From: a virus
Lineage: Duplodnaviria; Caudoviricetes
DNA: 31,081 bases
Direction: 5' to 3' (one strand)
IMG/VR virus record: IMGVR_UViG_3300005941_000022
Location: 1-31,081 of that record
Shown here: positions 1-7,100 of the stretch, piece after piece
Numbering within the stretch: position 1 is the first letter of the stretch
Layout of the letters: each line of letters starts with the position of its first letter
Made by a program: the position numbers and the translations under genes
The notes under the pieces: model-generated
The model's database searches: none
Told to the model about the DNA's origin: nothing
What the model saw: only the letters and a program-made list of their open reading frames with translations

Positions 1-1460
1 TCAATGGCTTTTCTCCATTTGGTATCTGTAGTCTCTTCAGCTAGATCATTTAACTTACCGTATATGTTATGAATATCGCCGCCGACTTCATCCATAATAT
101 CTACCTCAGCTTCATTAACTTCAACTGCTTCAAAAGCTGGAACAAGATCTCTATCACCATAAACATCGACCATGTACCACTTCTGGTCTCTTTCGTCGAA
201 TAGGTAAATATATTCTGCACCCTGTGCGTCAGCATCGTTAACATATTTCTTAAGGTTCTTAACAGTACCCATCATTGGCTTCAAGCTGTTTTGATCGCCG
301 TAGAACTTCATCTTGTCTGGAGAAACCTCTAGACCAGAGTTATCACCTTTACCTAGAACTGCATCAACGTCAGTACCTTTTTTGTAGCCCTTCTTAATAG
401 TTGGAAGCATGTGCTCTGGGTATGAATCGTAATGTGTGTATACTGAAGCGATTTCACCAGACTTATAGATCTTACCGAACTGGCCTCTAGTACCTTCCAT
501 GATAGCAGTTACTAGATCAGTTGTTGCGAATGCGATAGATTCGTTTAGATCGTATTTAGAGATTGCTTTGTAAAGCTTGTTAGCTGCAGCTTCTTCACCA
601 ATTTCTCTTAGGAAATCAACTGTGCCGTTAGCGATTGCATAACCATCCCAGCCTGCAGCTGAAGCGATATCAGAACCCTTTAGACCTGAAACCTTGCCCC
701 TTGACGCAGAGCCGATAGCTTTAGAAGTACCCATTTCTTGGTGGAAATTAGCATCTTCCATTGCATCTGCATAAAGTTTAGCAATACCGTTAAGGTCTTT
801 AATGCCAGTCTTCATCCAGGCTGAAGCAACCATTTCTCTATTCTTGTTACCTTCTTCGATAACTTCAGCCTCAACTGATTCGTTAGACTTGTTTTTCTTA
901 GCAAGAGCTGCAAGAGCTTTACCAACTAGAGCAGTGTACATCTGTGCAACTTGAGCAAGTGATTTACCTCTTGTTTGACCAACAGTCTTATCACCAAGGA
1001 CTAGACTACCGCCGTCAAAGTAGATTGAGTATGGGTAATCGAAATCACCAGGCGCCTTATCAATACCAGCAGCTTTAGCCATTTGAATACCAAGGGATCT
1101 TAGGATATAGTAACCCTCTTGATCACCGTAGCCGGCTCTCTCACCCCATTTTTCATTACCATATTTCTTTACTATAGAAGCAGCAACTTCAGGACTAAGG
1201 TCTATGCCCATAGCTTCTTTAATAGTCTCAACTGATTCGTTAGTCTTTTCGAATTTGAAATTACCAACTAATTCAGACATGAAATCCTGTAGTTTGTCTT
1301 CAGTTACGTCAGCAATAGTAGCCGCTTCGTATTTTTTAAGAAGCTCAGCAAATGCAGTGGCAGAAGTTGCTCTTTTTACATTTGTTTCTTCAAGTGTAGC
1401 TTTCTCTTTTAGCTGTTTTTTAACGTCTGAGAAAGACTTAAATGATTGAATACGTTCCAT
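1..1460 (-). CDS. Partial (3'-truncated by the window edge) modular protein of at least 486 aa; putative internal head/ejected cargo polyprotein
   Basis: Not in the ORF track. Manual translation from ATG at 1460-1458 is open to the window edge: MERIQSFKSFSDVKKQLKE...TNESVETIKEA...SNESVEAEVIEEG...LNESIAF...IMEGTRGQFGKIYKSGEIASVYTHYDSYPEHM...EYIYLFDERDQKWY...FEAVEVNEAEVD...KWRKAI. A GATATATA motif lies 43 nt upstream. The CDS is well supported; the function is inferred. Confidence 0.85.
   Translation of the reverse strand, partial: MERIQSFKSFSDVKKQLKEKATLEETNVKRATSATAFAELLKKYEAATIADVTEDKLQDFMSELVGNFKFEKTNESVETIKEAMGIDLSPEVAASIVKKYGNEKWGERAGYGDQEGYYILRSLGIQMAKAAGIDKAPGDFDYPYSIYFDGGSLVLGDKTVGQTRGKSLAQVAQMYTALVGKALAALAKKNKSNESVEAEVIEEGNKNREMVASAWMKTGIKDLNGIAKLYADAMEDANFHQEMGTSKAIGSASRGKVSGLKGSDIASAAGWDGYAIANGTVDFLREIGEEAAANKLYKAISKYDLNESIAFATTDLVTAIMEGTRGQFGKIYKSGEIASVYTHYDSYPEHMLPTIKKGYKKGTDVDAVLGKGDNSGLEVSPDKMKFYGDQNSLKPMMGTVKNLKKYVNDADAQGAEYIYLFDERDQKWYMVDVYGDRDLVPAFEAVEVNEAEVDIMDEVGGDIHNIYGKLNDLAEETTDTKWRKAI
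870..886. repeat. 17-nt direct repeat copy (ctcaactgattcgttag) encoding an NESVE linker
   Basis: Exact match to 1227..1243; both copies are in frame in the 1..1460 ORF. Confidence 0.85.
1227..1243. repeat. 17-nt direct repeat copy (ctcaactgattcgttag) encoding an NESVE linker
   Basis: Exact match to 870..886. Confidence 0.85.
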
Positions 1461-1502
1461 TTTTTGCGTGGTTGTGTATTTTTATATTATTGTATCTTAT
1501 GG

Positions 1503-3014
1503 TTATATATCCCCTTCAAAAGATACCTTTTTGATTTCGTAGCTGAACTTCTCCTGTCTGTAAATCTTTTGTCTAGCTAAACCATGTTTGTATAAGTAAT
1601 TTTGGTGGCCATCAAAACAAATATCATCAACAAAATCAATGATATTTACAGAATCTTTTGACTCGTGCTGTCTAAGACCACGGCCAATAGACTGTCTAAT
1701 AATAACCTCAGACTTAAATGATTCTGTAAAGAAGATGTTGTGGATTTTCTTAATAGAGATACCAGTTGAGAATGTACCATAAGAGGCCACGATAACTACT
1801 TCGTCGCCAGCTTCCATTTTCTTCTTGTATTCTTCTCTAATATCCTTATCAGTACTACCATCAACATAGTAAACCTTTTTGTCGCTCTTTCTTCTCAATA
1901 ACTCATATAGTTTTTTACCATGTTCGATTCGATGGAAAAGAACTAGTGAGTTTTTAGGAACCTTTGAAACAACATTAACAATAAAATTAAGTCTACCTGG
2001 TGATTGAATAATATAGTTTTGTTCTAACTGGAAAACATCTTTGTTCTCATATCTGTTTGTCGAGAGTTCCATGAATGCTTTTCTGGCAGTCTCAGGTGCA
2101 TAGTTCATTTCAATGATCTTAACTTTACACCCTGCAATGTGGCCTTCTTGTTGTAGGAAAGAAGCCTTAACCTCCGTGATTAAAGGCCCAGTATATGCCA
2201 TGATAGTTAACCTATCTAATGTATTATCTTTAGGAATGGTTCCAGACAGGCCATATCTATATGTTGCCTTATCACATTTCTGTAGGATAGTCTTAATCGA
2301 TGTTGACTTAGCCTTGTGTGTTTCGTCTACAATAACACAATCAAATTGATCAAAGAAGTCTTTACCTTTTTTTACAAGTGATTGGTAAGTTCCGATAACA
2401 ACATTTCTACTGTCCTTGATCTTTTGACCAGAGTAGACTTGTTGTACCATCATCTGTACTCTGTTCTCATAGTTGTATTCAGCAAAGTCCTCAGTGGCTT
2501 GTACAACCAATGAAACGTTTGGAACAACAAACAATATCTTTTTAGCGCTCTCCTTCTCTAGCATGTATGCAATAGTAAGGAATGAGATCATGGTCTTACC
2601 TGCTGAAGTTGCAAGCTCGGACAATGATCTTCTAAACTTTAAGATATTAAATGCTGCTTCAAGCTGATAGTCTCTAGGTGTTAACTCACTACGCTCAAAG
2701 AACTCAAGAGACCAGGCTTCAAAGCCTTCGGCTGTAATATTCTTGTCAAAGAGTCTAGTTATACCGTTGATCTTTAACTCGTATTTGTACTGCTTACAGA
2801 TCTTTGTAATTTCTTGCCATAGACCAGAAGGGATCCACTTGTTATCTTTAATATAAGACACATAGCCATCCCACACACCTCTTTTGACCAGTGGGTTAAA
2901 CCTCCAGCCTTCGATGCGTCTTGTTAACGAAATATTCAACTGTTCTAGTTCTAGCTCTGTAGCAGCATCGATTCTTAAGAACTGGTTGTCTTCTGTAAGC
3001 GTTAGCTCCACCAT
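1503..3014 (-). CDS. uvsW: UvsW-like superfamily 2 DNA/RNA-DNA helicase
   Basis: PRDYQ Q-motif, LATSAGKT (Walker A), VDETH (motif II), GLSGT (motif III), ASYGTFSTG, QSIGRGLR (motif VI); N-terminal 'GVWDG' typical of T4-like UvsW; adjacent to uvsY. Confidence 0.93.
   Translation of the reverse strand: MVELTLTEDNQFLRIDAATELELEQLNISLTRRIEGWRFNPLVKRGVWDGYVSYIKDNKWIPSGLWQEITKICKQYKYELKINGITRLFDKNITAEGFEAWSLEFFERSELTPRDYQLEAAFNILKFRRSLSELATSAGKTMISFLTIAYMLEKESAKKILFVVPNVSLVVQATEDFAEYNYENRVQMMVQQVYSGQKIKDSRNVVIGTYQSLVKKGKDFFDQFDCVIVDETHKAKSTSIKTILQKCDKATYRYGLSGTIPKDNTLDRLTIMAYTGPLITEVKASFLQQEGHIAGCKVKIIEMNYAPETARKAFMELSTNRYENKDVFQLEQNYIIQSPGRLNFIVNVVSKVPKNSLVLFHRIEHGKKLYELLRRKSDKKVYYVDGSTDKDIREEYKKKMEAGDEVVIVASYGTFSTGISIKKIHNIFFTESFKSEVIIRQSIGRGLRQHESKDSVNIIDFVDDICFDGHQNYLYKHGLARQKIYRQEKFSYEIKKVSFEGDI
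1504..1511 (-). promoter_or_regulatory. GATATATA putative late promoter overlapping the uvsW stop codon
   Basis: Minus strand reads GGG GAT ATA TAA (G-D-I-stop); the same motif recurs at other gene junctions. Confidence 0.65.
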
Positions 3015-3041
3015 TAGTTGAGCATTTTTATTCTCGCTGTA

Positions 3042-3467
3042 TTACAGCCCATTTAGCTGTAGTTTGTTGCGAACGGCCCAGCTCATGTTGTCTAGAGTCT
3101 TAACCGATTCTTTGTAAAAGTCCATCTGTGTTTCTAACAAAGATAGGATCATGCTGTCATCTGACATATCTGCTTTAAGGAATGATTCCTTCTGCTTGTC
3201 AGTAAGTTTGTAGTCGTATTCGTAATATTTAATAAAGGATTCTTTGTAGACCTTTGAGATCTTACGCTCTTGTTGCTTTATCTTAATATTAAGCTGAGCA
3301 ATTTGTTCGATGATAATCTGGCGGTATGATGGAATAGTCACCATAGCCTCGTTAAGGTCATCAATATTTTTAAACGCTTTTGCCAGTTCCCTGATCTTAG
3401 CGGTCCATTCTTGACGTTGGTTGCCTAAGTACTGGTCAATCTCAACAATCTTATTCTTTTCTGACAT
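3042..3467 (-). CDS. uvsY: UvsY-like recombination mediator
   Basis: 141-aa helical protein with a YY..YKLTDKQKESFLKAD...KTLDNMSWAVRN pattern like T4 UvsY; immediately upstream of uvsW. Confidence 0.75.
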   Translation of the reverse strand: MSEKNKIVEIDQYLGNQRQEWTAKIRELAKAFKNIDDLNEAMVTIPSYRQIIIEQIAQLNIKIKQQERKISKVYKESFIKYYEYDYKLTDKQKESFLKADMSDDSMILSLLETQMDFYKESVKTLDNMSWAVRNKLQLNGL

Positions 3468-3477
3468 TTGGTTACGT

Positions 3478-3687
3478 TTAAAATAGAGATCCTTTATCCT
3501 TGCCCTGCTTAATCCATTTATGTGCCGTCAACTTCTTCTTCATCTTAGGAGTTCCAGGATTAAACACAGGTCCAGTATAGGATATCTTTGATTGTTGAAA
3601 ATCTATCAACATCTTTAGATTCCTACGGCCTTCGTGATCATCATGAAACTGATCTAACTCCTGATCCATCCAACTAAAGTCTATCAT
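3478..3687 (-). CDS. Hypothetical protein (69 aa)
   Basis: ATGA overlap with the primase stop; fills the gap before uvsY. Confidence 0.6.
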   Translation of the reverse strand: MIDFSWMDQELDQFHDDHEGRRNLKMLIDFQQSKISYTGPVFNPGTPKMKKKLTAHKWIKQGKDKGSLF

Positions 3688-4763
3688 AGGTATAAAGCAT
3701 CTAAATGTGAACTAGTAAAATACTCACCGATCTTCTTATGTGCATCACTCTTAAGCTCAAAACACTTTTTAATCAAATCGTTTAGATCCTTTATATCGTC
3801 ATTGTATATATTCAACTTTGTATCCTTCAAGAACTTTGACCACATAAAGACAGCCTTTCCTTTACGGAGCTTCTCTAGCATCTTCTTCTTTCCGGTTTCA
3901 TCATTGTCAAACATATACCTGATTGTTGGTACTTCATCAAGCTCTGTTGTTGATCTACCGGCAGTAGCCAGGGCGATAGAGTTAAACATGAACTTAGCGT
4001 CAAGAGGACCTTCAAAGACCGTAACTGGTCTCATCATATCCACTTGCATAATACCAAACAGTGTTGATATTTTGTTGACAGCAATCAAGTCATCGCCTTC
4101 TAATGGAAACTCACGTCCCATCTCTTCATAAAGCTTGGCTAGATCGTATGTCAAGTATTTTGTCCTGGCGTTCTTTCCCATTTGTCTGCTCTGACAACTT
4201 AGGATTTTACCGTCAGGTGTTTTATTTAATATCCAAAGCTTCTTGCGTTGGGCTGAATACAAGAATTCATCGGCTCTATTGTGTAGTAATCTACCTCTTA
4301 GATAGAACCACGCAAAATCACCAACGCTTATATTATCTGCTTTGAAATGTCTTTTGAAATCACTAACCTCAATGGCTAGCTCAACTGCAGTGTTGTATAC
4401 ACTATGTTGTAGTGTACTAATCTCTTTAACATTAACCTTCTTGTCTTTAATATACTCGATTACATGAATAGAATCGTCACCGGATCCAAAGCGCTTGCCG
4501 TGGTCCCTAAAGAAAGAAGTTAGATCAGAGTGGTGGTTGCAGTTATAACAATGATATTGGAGAGTGTCCCAGAAGATGTTACCTCTTTTCTTGAGAAGAT
4601 CCGTTGTAGAATCCCCACAATAGGGACATGCCAGGTTCAAACGACCTGACATCTCCTTTATCATTTGCTTTGGAGGAGCAGAGTGGTTTTCAACAACCAC
4701 CTGCTTCACCAAAACTCTAATTGTGTTCTTTAAATCCTCTGAAAGATTAGAGATCGAGGTCAT
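3684..4763 (-). CDS. DNA primase (T4 gp61-like)
   Basis: Zn ribbon CPYCGDS...YHCYNC; TOPRIM motifs VFEGPLDA and FDNDETG; C-terminal KDLND. Confidence 0.92.
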   Translation of the reverse strand: MTSISNLSEDLKNTIRVLVKQVVVENHSAPPKQMIKEMSGRLNLACPYCGDSTTDLLKKRGNIFWDTLQYHCYNCNHHSDLTSFFRDHGKRFGSGDDSIHVIEYIKDKKVNVKEISTLQHSVYNTAVELAIEVSDFKRHFKADNISVGDFAWFYLRGRLLHNRADEFLYSAQRKKLWILNKTPDGKILSCQSRQMGKNARTKYLTYDLAKLYEEMGREFPLEGDDLIAVNKISTLFGIMQVDMMRPVTVFEGPLDAKFMFNSIALATAGRSTTELDEVPTIRYMFDNDETGKKKMLEKLRKGKAVFMWSKFLKDTKLNIYNDDIKDLNDLIKKCFELKSDAHKKIGEYFTSSHLDALYL

Positions 4764-5685
4764 TCAAGAATGATTCTAGATCGTCATCTGCATCAACTTT
4801 AGTCGCAGTAGAAGAAGGACCGTTAAAGTCGAATGCTTCCTGTGTTGAAGCTGGACTGATAGTCGAGCTTGAAGTTGCAGTACTCTTAGATTCAGAAGCT
4901 GCAGGGCGTGAAGTCACAGCACCTACTGCCATACCTGGATTTGAAATGTATTGTCCAAGTACTGAGTTTACGAAGTCACGGGTCTGATCGTCCCACTGAC
5001 GGTATTCGTAAGGCTCAAGCTTTGGAGCGTTATCAAGTTCAGCCTTGATTACAGTCATCGCATCTTTAGTGCGCTCAACAGGAGCACCTTCGATAACGAT
5101 AGCAGACTTGCTAGCTGAGAACTTAGACTTATCGTAGTTATTGTATTCACCCTGGCGTGTGATGATCAACTCAAAGTTCTTACCTTCGAAAAGGTCAAAT
5201 ACTTGAGTAGATTCGCCGAATGAAGGCTTCAACTCCTCATCGATCTTTTCTTTGATCTTGTAGCCATACTTGAATACCATGTATTGACCTTCCAAGTCTG
5301 GACGTTGTGGGTCCTTAATGATCTTGATAAGTGAGTAGAACTGTTCACGACGCTTCAACTTCTCTGACATCTTGCGGTCGACTGCTGAGTCTGACTTGCG
5401 AAGACGGAAGAATGCGTCTTGAATTGGGCACTTCTCGCCGACTGAAGCGGGAGAGTCTACCAAGCGACCATTGCCTGCAGGGTCAGTCATCCAGTGGACA
5501 TACTTGCGAACCAATGATTTGCGTGGGTTTTCTGGGTTTGGTACAAAGCGAATCAATGCTTTATAGGTACCGTCCTTACCGTCATCTGCGGTAGGCTTGT
5601 AGATGATATCTTCTTTGTTTGAAGATGCCGTTTCGTGAGTGTCAACGTCTGCAACACTCAGGTTGAAAATGTCAAAATCTGCCAT
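4747..5685 (-). CDS. Single-stranded DNA-binding protein (T4 gp32-like)
   Basis: ALIRFVP, CPI, IIKDPQRPDLEG, FKYGYKIKEKI, FDLFEGKNF, NYDKSKF; acidic tail DDDLESFLNDLDL. Confidence 0.92.
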   Translation of the reverse strand: MADFDIFNLSVADVDTHETASSNKEDIIYKPTADDGKDGTYKALIRFVPNPENPRKSLVRKYVHWMTDPAGNGRLVDSPASVGEKCPIQDAFFRLRKSDSAVDRKMSEKLKRREQFYSLIKIIKDPQRPDLEGQYMVFKYGYKIKEKIDEELKPSFGESTQVFDLFEGKNFELIITRQGEYNNYDKSKFSASKSAIVIEGAPVERTKDAMTVIKAELDNAPKLEPYEYRQWDDQTRDFVNSVLGQYISNPGMAVGAVTSRPAASESKSTATSSSTISPASTQEAFDFNGPSSTATKVDADDDLESFLNDLDL

Positions 5686-5756
5686 AATCCTTTAAGTTAC
5701 TTTTAAATTGTTTAAACCTGTTAATCTCTCTTTACTTCAAAGATGCTTTAACTCCT
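5686..5756 (-). promoter_or_regulatory. AT-rich gp32 leader with four TTAAA units; putative translational autoregulation operator
   Basis: Plus-strand tttaa at 5691, 5702, 5711 and 5747; resembles the UUAAA-repeat operator of T4 gene 32. Confidence 0.45.
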
Positions 5757-5785
5757 ATTATACAAACATCCCGAAGAATGTTTCA
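5757..5785 (-). promoter_or_regulatory. Putative early/middle promoter TGAAAC-N17-TATAAT overlapping a cUUCGg hairpin
   Basis: Minus strand TGAAAC ATTCTTCGGGATGTTTG TATAAT; hairpin AAACATTC-TTCG-GGATGTTT at 5764..5783. Confidence 0.55.
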
Positions 5786-5793
5786 GAAAACTT

Positions 5794-5976
5794 TTAACTC
5801 TTAATAATCTCTGTCGTGCTACCATCCGGGGATTGCCACTTGGATTCTCCCATTTGTACATAACCTGTCTTAGCTAGGAAGGCATTGGCTTCCTCTTTAT
5901 TAATGCGATCACATGCGACCATATCTTCCAAAGTGGCATGCAGTCTAAGAAACTGTCCAGAGCTAATTGTTTTCAT
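5794..5976 (-). CDS. Hypothetical protein (60 aa)
   Basis: ORF 4 nt downstream of a GATATATA motif; same orientation as all neighbours. Confidence 0.65.
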   Translation of the reverse strand: MKTISSGQFLRLHATLEDMVACDRINKEEANAFLAKTGYVQMGESKWQSPDGSTTEIIKS

Positions 5977-5980
5977 ATAC

Positions 5981-5988
5981 TATATATC
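5981..5988 (-). promoter_or_regulatory. GATATATA putative late promoter
   Basis: GATATATA-GTAT-ATG. Confidence 0.65.
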
Positions 5989-6102
5989 ACGAAACATTTA
6001 GTTTGTTTCATAATCTTGTAATAATATAATATATTTTAGGCTAAATGAAACAATGCCCCAAAACGAGCATACAAGAATTGGGTTTCAGTTCCAGGGGTAA
6101 GA

Positions 6103-6726
6103 TTACATCGATTGGGCTAACCTTAAAAGGTAGTAAGCATCTACAAGGTCATCAACCGGTTTAGGTAACTTCTTAAATTCAAAGGACTCGATGGTCTTGC
6201 AAAATTTCCAAAAGGGAGAGGACTGAAAGGAGTCATCTATTAAGAAGTGTTCCCACATCCCTTCTTTCTTCATATTGCCTTTTCCAACAAACTTCTTAAT
6301 GGATGTAGGGGCAATAACATCTAGTTGTTCGATCTCAAATCGGTCAAACATAAAGCTTTTAAGGATCGAGCTGGCTGAAGCCAAGTCAAGGAGGGAGTTT
6401 GTTCCAAATCTAGATGTCCCGTAGGAAGCACCTTCAAAAAAGATTCTGTAGGGCTGAGATGTGTCCGTGTGTTCTTCTATGAGGTTGCAAATTTCTTCCG
6501 CGATGTATCGGTGTCTTAAAACCCGGCTCATCTCTTGCCTATCAATGTTAGGCTCTTCTTGGAATACTAGATGTACATCACCTAGTTCTGTCATTTGAGA
6601 CTGTAGGGCCTGTTGGGCCTTTGTACCTGTGGTTGGTTTTAAGAATGCAATGAAATATGGATTTCCATCCTTTAAGATGCAAATACCTGGAGAGTTAATT
6701 GAAAAGTCGATTGCTACGATATTCAT
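6103..6726 (-). CDS. RuvC-like Holliday junction resolvase (RNase H fold)
   Basis: MNIVAIDFSINSPGIC (first catalytic Asp), FFEG (Glu), PTSIKKF, DDLVDAYY. The start is placed at ATG 6726, just after the upstream stop, rather than 6744. Confidence 0.82.
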   Translation of the reverse strand: MNIVAIDFSINSPGICILKDGNPYFIAFLKPTTGTKAQQALQSQMTELGDVHLVFQEEPNIDRQEMSRVLRHRYIAEEICNLIEEHTDTSQPYRIFFEGASYGTSRFGTNSLLDLASASSILKSFMFDRFEIEQLDVIAPTSIKKFVGKGNMKKEGMWEHFLIDDSFQSSPFWKFCKTIESFEFKKLPKPVDDLVDAYYLLRLAQSM

Positions 6727-6727
6727 C

Positions 6728-7096
6728 TTAGATATTCTTACCAAGAGAAGCGCCTAGAGCAGCACCTACAAGTCTTGAAGTTAATAGATCATAGAAAATA
6801 CCTTTTTCAACACCTAGTGCCTTGGCAACAATCTTACCAACTGACTTACCTAGTGCGAAACCTGTTAGACCGCCTAGGATAGAACCTAGAAGACCCTCAT
6901 TAGTTAGTTCTTCGTTGAATCTATCGAAATCGTAAGAACCATCTTCATTTTTAAATTCCTCAAAGAACTGCTCGATTGCAGTATCAACCTTAGCCTCAAG
7001 CTCAGGAGTCCACTCAGAGTTTAGAGATTCATTAAGAATGTGCATCTCCTGCTCAGTGATTTTATTTGATTCTAGGTATTCGATAAAAGTTTTCAT
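6728..7096 (-). CDS. Small putative capsid-internal prepro-protein with a C-terminal glycine-zipper amphipathic segment
   Basis: N-terminus MKTFIEYLES resembles the T4 capsid-targeting sequence; acidic residues 1-67 end in TNE, followed by GLLGSILGGLTGFALGKSVG...GAALGASLG. Confidence 0.8.
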   Translation of the reverse strand: MKTFIEYLESNKITEQEMHILNESLNSEWTPELEAKVDTAIEQFFEEFKNEDGSYDFDRFNEELTNEGLLGSILGGLTGFALGKSVGKIVAKALGVEKGIFYDLLTSRLVGAALGASLGKNI

Positions 7097-7100
7097 ACGT

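Noticed and set aside
5686-5695. AAAGGA before the gp32 ATG as a Shine-Dalgarno site
   Set aside because: It lies only 2 nt from the ATG, too close for canonical spacing, and other genes lack SD motifs.
6727-6744. Track start of the RuvC-like ORF at 6744 (MVRISK extension)
   Set aside because: It overlaps the upstream gene; the ATG at 6726 gives the typical RuvC-like start with the catalytic Asp at residue 7.
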